64,000 nt of DNA. It comes from an uncultured Verrucomicrobiae bacterium. Its GTDB lineage: Bacteria; Verrucomicrobiota; Verrucomicrobiia; Chthoniobacterales; JAFAMB01. Position 1 is the first letter of the stretch. Each line of letters begins with the position of its first letter. Positions 55,538-64,000 of the stretch are shown here, one piece after another. The position numbers were made by a program, and so were the translations under genes. The notes below the pieces were generated by a model. It saw nothing but the letters and a program-made list of their open reading frames with translations, had not been told where the DNA came from and searched no databases. The stretch covers positions 1-64,000 of the forward strand of contig CAWEXO010000015.1 in the NCBI GenBank assembly GCA_963813025.1, read 5' to 3'.

Positions 55538-55843
55538 ATGGATCTATTTTCTGAATTACTTTTCAAGCCGCTGGCCGAAATCCTTAATGGCATCAGCCGG
55601 ATCTTGCTAGGCGGAGAAGCCCTATTTGTCTTTTGGGTCTTTGTCGGAATCCCCTTGTGGATTTTATGGTGTGGGCTGAAAACCAGAACTTGGAAAGGCG
55701 TTCTTTTCGGTCTTGTGTTTGCCTTGGCGGCTTCTTCACCGCTTTTCCTTTTTGTGCTGGCAAAGCCGGCTCACCCCGACCAGAAAAAATCCCGGACTCA
55801 CCACGTGCAACCCAAGCCGGACGATCCGGACGAAGAAAGCTAG
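55538..55843 (+). CDS. Small membrane protein
   Basis: Two hydrophobic segments; starts 8 bp after the previous stop. Confidence 0.5.
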   Translation: MDLFSELLFKPLAEILNGISRILLGGEALFVFWVFVGIPLWILWCGLKTRTWKGVLFGLVFALAASSPLFLFVLAKPAHPDQKKSRTHHVQPKPDDPDEES

Positions 55844-56098
55844 CCGGCGAGCGCTAGGCGCCATTCCGGCACCTGCCCTTCCAGTCCTGATAATCCAAGG
55901 TTATTTTCCTAACCGTCCGGGGACGTCGCAGACTGACCCCGGTCGAACACCAGCCCGACTCGTAAACGGTATTGGGTGAGGGAATTATTGGCAAAGCAAG
56001 CCAACGTTCCTCCTCCCTGAAGTGATCAACCGGAGGGTCTTCCAGAGTAACGGCTCGGTTTTATCGTTGTCGAGTACGGTGGTGCAGGATTCTGCGCA

Positions 56099-56285
56099 AT
56101 GTCTCCTCGGCACCCACAGCCGCGTCACCTGGTGAACGATAGAGCAGTCGAGCGACCGTCTGCTGCCGACCAAAAGGAGGCATTGGAGCTTTGGAAGAGG
56201 TCGCCACGAAAAAAGGCTCAGCCTTGCCTGGGTTGTCCGCGATGCGATCGAAAAATATCTCGGCAACGCGAGAGACCCTGGCTGA
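56099..56285 (+). pseudogene. Degenerate ribbon-helix-helix (CopG-like) protein
   Basis: Shifted frame reads LEEVATKKRLSLAWVVRDAIEKYLG. Confidence 0.5.
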
Positions 56286-56383
56286 TGGAGCGCTTTGGGA
56301 GAGTTTTCTCGAGCCCTAAGGGTTGGAAAAGATCGGGGTGATTAGGGCAAAAAACAATTTTCCCTTCCCCAAATGCGAAAGTG

Positions 56384-58069
56384 TTAACTCTGCCGGTTCA
56401 GCCAGCTTCGAAGCTCAGAAACAGAGACAACGGCTCGCAATTCCGGCGCGATGAATTGTGTTTCTGGTCCGATCGGCACATAGGGAACGTGAGGTAGACA
56501 AACGATCGGAAGAATTTCGAACTCCGAGAAATCAAAACCTGGAAGACACCGTGGATTCGCTTCGAGGATTAGTTTGACCTCGGACCAGCGCCGGAGCCCA
56601 TCTCTTGCTACGCTGGCTGTAGCTCGGACCGTCCGAGGATCTCCCTGGTTAAATTTCCCCGAATAAATGCGGCTCTTACAGGAAACCAGCATTAGTTTTC
56701 TGTCCTTTAATCCGATTGCGTCAAAATCCGTAACTCCTTGCCCGCCGATTCTGATTGTTTGACCGACCTTCAGGCGCAGGTCCTGCGGGGGAGCCCAAGA
56801 GGAAAGATCAATGACACCTTGAACGGCACGTTCAAAATCCCGGCCCCGGAGATTCCCTTGGATCCCTCCCTGCGCGTTAAATTCGGCGAATTCATGAAGC
56901 ATCATCGTTGTGGCGTAGAGATCGATGCACACAAGCGTGCCTTCGGCGCGAATTGCGGGTCCGCAGCGCGTCGGCCATGCCTTCCCCTTGATGGCCGAAA
57001 CAGCATCAATCAGTTCACGGTAGCTAGTAGGAAAATGTGTCCCTGGAAATACGTGAGTGGCGACCGCGGCCGCATCCTCGATTACATAGTCCGGCGCAGT
57101 GTTGATTGTGTCGGTATCGGTCACGATCCAGCCTAGGCCGACTATCTTCAGCATCGACATGGGGTCAGACTCAGCTAAGCCTTTCATAGCTCGAAGAAAA
57201 CCGACCAACAGAGGCAATTCTTCAAGCCACCATCGAGCTCCTGCATTCACGACTGCCTTATTCAGACGGGCAAGTTCATCCAGACAAATAAGCATGATCC
57301 CGAATCGGAGTTGGCTAGCGTGGCGCACGGTTTCAGCTGCAAGGGTTGCGTTCCACGATCCCCGCCATGGCACGGGCGGCGTGCGCCAAACTGCGATAAT
57401 TTCCGACGAACACCCGGTAGCCACCTCAGTCCAAACGACCGATCCTGTGGTCGAAAGGAAATCTCCCGGTGTCGCATCGACTCTCGCATCATAGAGCTCG
57501 ACGGCGCGTTTTAGGTCGACTGAGGCCTTCACACTTCCACCCGCCCGCGTGCTAAGGCTGAATTCGGCGCCCTTTCCTACCCACCTCAGATTCGTATGAA
57601 TTTGAGAGAGGTATCGCGCCCCGGCAATGAACTCAGCAACTAAGTCCGCCGTTGATTCGTCTACGGGGTAGCGCAAAAGGTTTGTCCTCTCTGGCGGCGC
57701 GGAAGTCGCGCTTTCGCCGGAAAGAATCTCTGCCAAAGCGGAGTCATAAATAGCGGTAGTCCGGACCTTGCCAAGCCAGCAGCTCAATGGAAGGTGGCGC
57801 AAATACCAGAGCCATTGGAATGGAGATAGATGTTGCACGCGCTGGTGCAAGTCATCTTCAACACTCTTTCGGGCTCCCTCTAAATACTCATACATTTCAT
57901 CTGCGGCAATAGCGCCACCAACAGATATCGCGGGGTTTGGAACTGAATCACGAACCAGACGTTCGTACTTTGACACCACGTTGCTTTCTGCTCGCTTCAG
58001 GCGGCGTAGATCGAAATATCGACGAAACTCGGCCGCGATTTGGCCTCCAGTGATAATTATCCTCGGCAT
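56384..58069 (-). CDS. Hypothetical protein with C-terminal PD-(D/E)XK-like nuclease domain
   Basis: 561-aa ORF; GRDFERAV...TDFDAIGLKDRKLMLVSCKS. Confidence 0.7.
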   Translation of the reverse strand: MPRIIITGGQIAAEFRRYFDLRRLKRAESNVVSKYERLVRDSVPNPAISVGGAIAADEMYEYLEGARKSVEDDLHQRVQHLSPFQWLWYLRHLPLSCWLGKVRTTAIYDSALAEILSGESATSAPPERTNLLRYPVDESTADLVAEFIAGARYLSQIHTNLRWVGKGAEFSLSTRAGGSVKASVDLKRAVELYDARVDATPGDFLSTTGSVVWTEVATGCSSEIIAVWRTPPVPWRGSWNATLAAETVRHASQLRFGIMLICLDELARLNKAVVNAGARWWLEELPLLVGFLRAMKGLAESDPMSMLKIVGLGWIVTDTDTINTAPDYVIEDAAAVATHVFPGTHFPTSYRELIDAVSAIKGKAWPTRCGPAIRAEGTLVCIDLYATTMMLHEFAEFNAQGGIQGNLRGRDFERAVQGVIDLSSWAPPQDLRLKVGQTIRIGGQGVTDFDAIGLKDRKLMLVSCKSRIYSGKFNQGDPRTVRATASVARDGLRRWSEVKLILEANPRCLPGFDFSEFEILPIVCLPHVPYVPIGPETQFIAPELRAVVSVSELRSWLNRQS

Positions 58070-58164
58070 TGTTTACAGTTTGGACTCCTGCCCTGCCTCA
58101 AATGGCCATTCATTCGCCAGGAGTACCTATGATTTACTCTCGAACAATCTCCTCTGGCTGCTTG

Positions 58165-58842
58165 TCAGTTCGCAGTCCAAGGTGCTCGGCAGCAAATCCA
58201 ATACCTTTCCCCTGTCCGAGGGCATATGTCTAGCGCTTCTCGAATTAGCTCGTGGGCGAGCGGCTCACGATGATCTCCTCGCCAAACATTCGAGATCTCT
58301 TCGAATGCTTCGGAATCAGCCCTAATCAAACACGGCACGTCGATCATAACCCGCAATTCACTAGGCATCGATCTCCATTCATTCTTATCGAGCGACCAAT
58401 AGAAACCAACTGTAGCGAACGGGCTTTGACTGCCCGCCGCGCTCTGAACCCACCGGACTGTCTTAACAAAACGTACCGCCAGTTCTGAAAGAGCACTGCG
58501 CGTTTCCGAATGAAAGGCTCGGAACCATTCCGGGAAAAGTTCAAGCTCTAAACCTCGGTTCGGCTTGACTTTGCCACCGCCGTCAATAATGACAACTCCG
58601 TCCTCGATGTGAGGTACAGGTAGAGACTTCAGTACGGAGCCAGGCAAAATCCCTTGGGCCAAACCATTCAAAACCTCTTCGATTTTCGGTTCCGGACGCT
58701 TCTCAATGCTCGCGTCGCAGCAAAGCTGTTCATTTGGGGGGGTCCGTTCCAAATCCGCGGTAATACAAGACGACTTCTCCTTCCCCTGATGGCTCGCTCC
58801 AGAAACTTGGCAGGAGATTCCGCAATCCGACATGCATTCCAC
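58165..58842 (-). CDS. Hypothetical protein, probably truncated (possible ApeA/HEPN-like family)
   Basis: ORF co-oriented with neighbours; EPLAHELIREA followed by an abrupt end. Confidence 0.45.
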   Translation of the reverse strand: MECMSDCGISCQVSGASHQGKEKSSCITADLERTPPNEQLCCDASIEKRPEPKIEEVLNGLAQGILPGSVLKSLPVPHIEDGVVIIDGGGKVKPNRGLELELFPEWFRAFHSETRSALSELAVRFVKTVRWVQSAAGSQSPFATVGFYWSLDKNEWRSMPSELRVMIDVPCLIRADSEAFEEISNVWRGDHREPLAHELIREALDICPRTGERYWICCRAPWTAN

Positions 58843-58909
58843 TAAGGCTATATGTTAACTTGAACCACATTGTACAAACGTTGCCGCTTCGTGGGCGTGC
58901 GAGTTTCAA

Positions 58910-60040
58910 CTACAGGAGCTCCCAAAGTCGGCAAGCATCCCCGAACAGCTCGACGCTCCAGTTGCCATCGGGCTCCCTGACAGGTCTTCTGAGGCGAACA
59001 TGTCCCTGCCGGGAGCCTTCCTCAAGAATAGTAACTCCCATTTCTCTCAGTTGTTTTCGAACGGTCGGGTCAGAATGCTGATATCCAGCTGCAGGTCCCC
59101 TTGCCGTAATGTATGCATCAGCGCTCAGACCACAGATTCTAGTGATATCCGCTGGCGTGGGAAGCGGGCGTCTACCTTTTAGGTAAGGGGTCAAAACTGC
59201 CCACGCTTCCTTGATCAAGAGCTTCGGCCAGATTTCGCGATGATGGCCGCTCTCCGCGCCATGGTGCGAAACCTTGTAACCCTGGTGCAAATTATCGACA
59301 TGCGAGAAGCGCTCGATTATCGCTCGCCACCCGACGCCGGCCTCTCCGAGTTCCTCCAGGTCCGCCCCCAAAAGGACTAGCGCTTCGCCGATCTTGACGC
59401 TCAGAACAACCGCCAGATCATTCGGCCCCACCGACGGGACCGCCGATCGCCTCTGCCCTTCTTCTGGCAATTCCTCGCTGAATTTTGCGAGACTGGCTAA
59501 ATATGCTGCCGAGGACGGTGAGAGGGCTTTTACCGAAATGCGGATACCCGAATTAGCTTCATGCACCATCGCGCCTTCACTAACGAATCGCAGGGCAATA
59601 AACCTGTTGCCAGCTTTCCTTTTCTTTCGCACCGATAGGACATCATTGAATTCCTGGAGACCTGAACCGCCTGCCGGAAACTCACGCGAGTATAAAGTTG
59701 TCAACTTGCTGAATTGCTCGCTTCTGAGTGCATGAGCGCAGACAAACTCGGCCGACTCACACTTCTCATAAACCTTGGCCAAGCCACGAATGTGATCGTC
59801 ATGCCAGTGCGTTGACACCACCAAAGGAACCGCCTTCGAAACCTCAACGCCGATCGCCGCAAGGTAATCGAGCGCCGCTGGCTCTTTTGTGGCCCTGGAT
59901 AGGCATGAATCGACGATCATCCATTGGCTACCGGTGAGGTGTACGACGATCGATTCGCCGCATCCGGGACCGAAAACTGACACCTCAACTTCGTCCGAGC
60001 GCGGCGGCGTTTTTGGACTAGTGCCAAGCAGCGTCTTCAC
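58910..60040 (-). CDS. Soluble ComEC/Rec2-type metallo-beta-lactamase-fold hydrolase (putative nuclease)
   Basis: GPGCGESIVV, IVDSC, THWHDDHIRG (HxHxDH), LLGADLE, KVSHHGA; GTG at 60040 overlaps the upstream stop. Confidence 0.88.
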   Translation of the reverse strand: MKTLLGTSPKTPPRSDEVEVSVFGPGCGESIVVHLTGSQWMIVDSCLSRATKEPAALDYLAAIGVEVSKAVPLVVSTHWHDDHIRGLAKVYEKCESAEFVCAHALRSEQFSKLTTLYSREFPAGGSGLQEFNDVLSVRKKRKAGNRFIALRFVSEGAMVHEANSGIRISVKALSPSSAAYLASLAKFSEELPEEGQRRSAVPSVGPNDLAVVLSVKIGEALVLLGADLEELGEAGVGWRAIIERFSHVDNLHQGYKVSHHGAESGHHREIWPKLLIKEAWAVLTPYLKGRRPLPTPADITRICGLSADAYITARGPAAGYQHSDPTVRKQLREMGVTILEEGSRQGHVRLRRPVREPDGNWSVELFGDACRLWELL

Positions 60041-60632
60041 GCAGTTTTTCGACCTCTCTGGCCGCCTTATCGAGCTCTTCCTTGCTCCACGGCGGCAGAC
60101 GGCGAAAATAAATCTCGCTGAAACGCGACCGGGTACCACTGCGAAGGCGATAGCCAATCATCCAAGAAAATCTTGCTCCAGCGACGACCGAGTCTCGCTG
60201 TTCATCGGCAACTTCCTCCAAACTGATTTCAGCCTGCTTGACAGGAAAATCTCGAAACCCTTCGTAAAGGCGCGCCGTGAAACGCTGTTTTTCTCGTTCC
60301 AGGACAACACCTTCCCACTCTTGCAGAATTATCGAGCGCTCTTGAACCAGTCCGGCTCCCGGTTCCTTTTTTATAGGCACCCCCTCCATCTGAGAATGAA
60401 ATTTCAAGATTCTCAATTGAGCTCTTGGTTCAATTGGTCCAGCCACGTAGCCTGCCCAGGTTCCGGCGGCCTCCAATACTGCCGCATCGTAGTCAAGCAC
60501 TTCCGTGGTGTCCTTCTGTGAGACCAATTTGGACATCCCCTGCCAGTCTAGGTTGGTCAGGGATTGAAGCGCGGTCTGGGCTTTTCCATACCCTTCGTTT
60601 AGCTCCCTAGTCTCTGTCAGGCTTGTTCCCAT
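60018..60632 (-). CDS. Uncharacterised protein, middle gene of the three-gene operon
   Basis: 204-aa ORF overlapping both neighbours; compact C-terminal beta-rich region LQEWEGVV...FTARL...GARFSWMIGY...FRRLPPW. Confidence 0.8.
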   Translation of the reverse strand: MGTSLTETRELNEGYGKAQTALQSLTNLDWQGMSKLVSQKDTTEVLDYDAAVLEAAGTWAGYVAGPIEPRAQLRILKFHSQMEGVPIKKEPGAGLVQERSIILQEWEGVVLEREKQRFTARLYEGFRDFPVKQAEISLEEVADEQRDSVVAGARFSWMIGYRLRSGTRSRFSEIYFRRLPPWSKEELDKAAREVEKLREDAAWH

Positions 60633-61102
60633 ATCAGTTTCCGAAAGATTACTTCGGCCACACGTGTGGCCTCTTTAATCGCACTTCTCCATTCATTCCT
60701 AATGAATTCTCTTACCAAGGAGGCTGTTTCGCTCTCGGGTGAGGGCTTGTAGTCGAAGTTGCTCGTTACGTAAATACCATTTTGCAGCAATACCGAAGGA
60801 TGCACCGACACGTTGGTGAAGCCAGCAAACCGCCCTGGTCGCGGCGACATAATCGAAATCGATGTCATTCCAGGTTCTTCGTAAAGAGCTCGCCAAATGG
60901 TGTCTTTCGGAGCCAGCGAATTACCGATCCTGTGCCAGTTCTCCTGACTCCCAGTCGTTAGATGTAAACCTTGATTGATGCCAGCTGCCGATATCGGCGT
61001 GTGCGATAACCTCGTCAGGATACCTATGACCAAATCGTTTAGCTTCGGCGCCTTCGACACATCTAGCGTCCTAATCGTTAAGCGGTTTTGGAGCACTTGC
61101 AG

Positions 61103-62510
61103 GAGCTATAACCGAATTTTGTGGATGAGGAGATAAAGAAAGGCGCATCCTTTCAGTGAGAAAAAGAAACACGGCAGCCTCACTCGAGGACGCCAAAAAG
61201 AAAGGATGCACCAATGCCAGAGAATAAAGTGGTCTCGCTTGATGAGCGAGCAAAAGATGAAGAGAAGCCCTTCCTGGAACAGTTACTGCAGGAAGGGGCC
61301 AGGAAGCTGTTACAGGCGGCAATCGAGAATGAGGTGATCGACTATATCCAATTCCACAAAGATCAGCGGGATGAGAATGGGCAGCGGCTGGTGGTACGCA
61401 ATGGACATCTGCCGGAGCGGGAGGTGGTCAGTGGAGTGGGTCCGATCCGGGTTCGTCAGCCACGGATCCGGCATCGCGACCAAGGTCGATTTTCCAGCGC
61501 GATTCTGCCCAAGTATATGCGTCGGGCTCCCAGCGTCGATGCTTTGATTCCAGCCCTTTACCTCAAAGGGATCTCAACCGGAGATTTCAGCGAAGCGTTG
61601 ACAGCGATTTTGGGCGAAGGAGCCAGTGGGCTTTCAGCCACCAACATCGTCAGACTCAAGAGCAGTTGGGAAGCCGATTACAAGGCATGGACTCAGCGTG
61701 ACTTGAGGCAGAAGCGTTACGTTTATTGGTGGGCCGACGGCGTCTATTTCAACGTCCGACTCGACGAAGAGCGAACCTGCGTGCTGGTCTTGATCGGAGC
61801 CACCGAGGATGGCACCAAAGAACTCTTAGCTGTTGTCGACGGTTATCGCGAAAGCACCCAATCCTGGCGTGAACTGCTTGGGCAGCTCAAACGCCTAGGC
61901 CTGTCCGCCGCGCCGAAGTTGGCCATCGGTGACGGTTCGCTCGGCTTCTGGATCGCTCTGCAGGAAGAATATGGCCCGATCGCCCAGCAACGTTGTTGGG
62001 TGCATAAGACAGCCAACATCCTGGATAAAATGCCCAAGAGTGTGCAAGGTAAAGCTAAGCAACTCATCCATGAAATGTACCTGGCGCCGACCCGCAAAGC
62101 AGCTCTGGCGGCCTACGATCAGTTCATCTCCAGTTACCAAATCAAGTTCCCAAAAGCCTGCGAATGCTTGGACAAAGATAAAGAAGTCCTGTTTACCTTT
62201 TACGACTTCCCAGCCCAACATTGGCCGCATTTACGGACCACCAACCCCATCGAATCCACCTTTGCTACCGTCCGATTACGAACTCACCGAACAAAGGGTT
62301 GCGGTTCACGAATCGCGACACTGACAATGGTCTTTAAACTCGGTCTGGAAGCCCAAAAGCATTGGCGCCGGCTTCAGGGCTTCGAACTGATCCCAAAGGT
62401 AGTTACTGGTGTCCGGTTCGTCGATGGCGAAGAACAAACCCAACAGGCCGCTTAATCGATCATTTCAAAGGATGCGCCCGTTCCCAATACACAACTTTTG
62501 ACAATATCTC
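61103..62510 (+). mobile_element. Complete IS256-family insertion sequence (1408 bp) with 9-bp target site duplication
   Basis: Imperfect terminal IRs GAGCTATAACCGAATTTTGTGGAT / ATACACAACTTTTGACAATATCTC; CACTTGCAG at 61094-61102 and 62511-62519. Confidence 0.95.
61214..62455 (+). CDS. IS256 family transposase
   Basis: RNGHLPER, LYLKGISTGDF, WADG, IGDG, QRCWVHK, LRTTNPIES. Confidence 0.97.
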   Translation: MPENKVVSLDERAKDEEKPFLEQLLQEGARKLLQAAIENEVIDYIQFHKDQRDENGQRLVVRNGHLPEREVVSGVGPIRVRQPRIRHRDQGRFSSAILPKYMRRAPSVDALIPALYLKGISTGDFSEALTAILGEGASGLSATNIVRLKSSWEADYKAWTQRDLRQKRYVYWWADGVYFNVRLDEERTCVLVLIGATEDGTKELLAVVDGYRESTQSWRELLGQLKRLGLSAAPKLAIGDGSLGFWIALQEEYGPIAQQRCWVHKTANILDKMPKSVQGKAKQLIHEMYLAPTRKAALAAYDQFISSYQIKFPKACECLDKDKEVLFTFYDFPAQHWPHLRTTNPIESTFATVRLRTHRTKGCGSRIATLTMVFKLGLEAQKHWRRLQGFELIPKVVTGVRFVDGEEQTQQAA

Positions 62511-63254
62511 CACTTGCAGCCCGAAATCCGGGAACTTTAGATCCGAAATTTGCGGAGTGATCGCCTCAACATGCGCCTCTACAGCCTCCGTTTCGCTCAG
62601 CAACTCCTGCCTCACAAACCAATCTGGATGAAATATCGCAGGATTCAGTGCTCCAACCAATACTACGCTTATATCCTCATTGGCGGGATCGGGTAGTTGG
62701 GGCATAGCCTGTTCTCAACGGCTTTGAGCTTCCTGCTTTTGTGGCCGCTTTGCCCTGGACTCTGGCCTCGCTTCTCAGCAAAAGTCACGGCCAAAATACC
62801 TGGTTTCAGTACCTTTTCGCTGGGCAATACGCCTTTCGCATTACTGAACCTCTCAAGTTGGCTTGCCTCGGGGGTCCGGCCACTCCTTCCCTCCATTTTT
62901 GCGGAAAATTTCCGAGACAATGCTAGGTGGCGACCGTACCCCCTTTTGCGCGCAGAGGGTCGACCCCAGGGGGGAGGCGGTACGCCGAGCTAAAGAGATC
63001 TCCTCTCGACCGTCCTGGGCGATGCCTTTTGGTGGACCGACGACTCATTTGCTTTGGCGCGCGCCAAAGCATAGCGAACGAGTGGAGGGCCAGAAAGGAT
63101 CTCCTGGCTCAGGGTACTACAGGTCAAAAGCAGGTCACAAAACGTATGAATTACTGGGTTCAATTGGGTTCTAATGGGAAATACGACGAGACAGATCGTG
63201 GGAGGTCGGGTTCCGGCAATTCAGCCATGGAAGCGATTCTCCGAGGCAAAAGCA

Positions 63255-63342
63255 CGGTGAGGGAGGGATTCGAACCCTCGGTACCCTTTTGAGGTACAAC
63301 GCTTTAGCAAAGCGCCGCTTTCGACCGCTCAGCCACCTCACC
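63255..63342 (-). tRNA. tRNA-Ser (anticodon GCT)
   Basis: GGTGAGG/CCTCACC-type acceptor stem, anticodon arm GCGCT-TTGCTAA-AGCGT, long variable arm, GGTTCGAATCC T-loop; CCA not encoded. Confidence 0.96.
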
Positions 63343-63544
63343 GGACGAATGGGCGTTAGGGTATAGCGTCGAATCCGGCGCGGTCAAATGAAAGCTTGAA
63401 CCAAACTGTCTGGGACGATGATTTTCTATGAGCGCTCGTGCACAGAGATCGCACCACCGAACAATTCTCCAAGATTTCTCTTCTTTGTAACTGTCCGCGA
63501 AATGTTGTTTCCTGCGAGGATTTCGAAGGAGCCGGACAGTTTGA

Positions 63545-63733
63545 AGGTTCACCGGCAAGATGGCCGGTGTCACGGCGGGAAAGTGGCACAGGCGTCCAGC
63601 CTGTCAGTGGAGTCTGCGCGGACGCTGTGGCTGTCGGCTACGCCGCGCTGTGATCTCCGCGGTCTTCTGTTAAAATCCCCGCGGGGCTCGTCGTGCGTCA
63701 CTTCCCGAATACGGACGAGGCCGTCCGCGCTAC
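63545..63733. repeat. REP-like cluster upstream of the tRNA
   Basis: CACCGGCAAGATGGCCGGTG, TGGCACAGGCGTCCAGCCTGT, CGGCTACGCCGCGCTGTGA and CGGACGAGGCCGTCCGCGCTAC (63712-63733). Confidence 0.75.
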
Positions 63734-64000
63734 TAGAGAAGCCGCTCGGCCGAGTTTGCCCCGTGGATTCTGTTTGCGAGGGTTTACGGCATCAATTTCC
63801 GATCAACCAAGCTACGGGCCAATCGAGGTGCCGAATTCTTTGCGCGTGATCCGTAACATCGATTTTCGGTTAGAATTTCTTCTCTACCGAAACGTAGAAG
63901 AATCGCTGGATATAATTTGCGTAGGATGTGTCGTACCCCTCAGTGCCACCGGAAGTCACCGAATCGGCGAAGGGTGGACGGGTATCGCCGATATTATTGA

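Larger units (their letters stand above)
60617..62705 (-). pseudogene. Uncharacterised 223-aa protein gene interrupted by IS256
   Basis: Removing the IS and one target copy joins 62705-62511 (65 codons, ...FGLQV) in frame to 61093-60617 (LQNRLTIR...). Confidence 0.9.
46300..63254. mobile_element. tRNA-Ser-adjacent mosaic genomic island (satellite-like replication module, transposon remnants, candidate defence genes); left boundary uncertain
   Basis: Phage-type and IS genes and pseudogenes, no housekeeping genes, abuts the tRNA 3' end; no integrase or att duplication seen. Confidence 0.65.

Noticed and set aside
58910..60040. Antibiotic-resistance beta-lactamase or competence protein ComEC
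   Set aside because: No signal peptide and no membrane competence domain; motifs fit a cytoplasmic ComEC-type MBL hydrolase
62669..63292. Short ORFs between the operon and the tRNA as an integrase fragment
   Set aside because: No tyrosine (R-H-R-Y) or serine recombinase motifs recognised in the translations

Overview
GC-rich bacterial chromosome segment. It is most consistent with a soil Verrucomicrobiota (Chthoniobacterales-like) genome, an inference from gene families and repeat types that I have not verified. Positions 1 to about 42 kb hold housekeeping and accessory metabolism: ligA, an Lrp regulator, nfeD-SPFH, osmC, vapBC, pstSCA without pstB, a fadL / acyl-CoA ligase / thiolase / FadJ / acyl-CoA oxidase-like beta-oxidation cluster, an rsmA-Nudix fusion, bcp, nadA, moeA, a GH3 beta-glucosidase and wrbA. 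Intergenic spaces are rich in REP-like palindromes and short tandem repeats. Many genes carry single-base frameshifts that look like long-read assembly errors. From about 46 kb to the 3' end of a tRNA-Ser(GCT) at 63255-63342 lies a mosaic island. It contains a phage-satellite-like replication module (excisionase-like HTH, SSB-like protein, primase, RecA-type helicase, iteron-like origin, TerS-like gene), Tn3 remnants, decayed phage genes, and a co-oriented cassette of candidate defence genes. The most notable item is a tightly overlapping three-gene operon: a 223-aa uncharacterised protein, a 204-aa uncharacterised protein, and a soluble ComEC-type metallo-beta-lactamase-fold nuclease. Its first gene is cleanly split by an intact IS256 element with a 9-bp target duplication.
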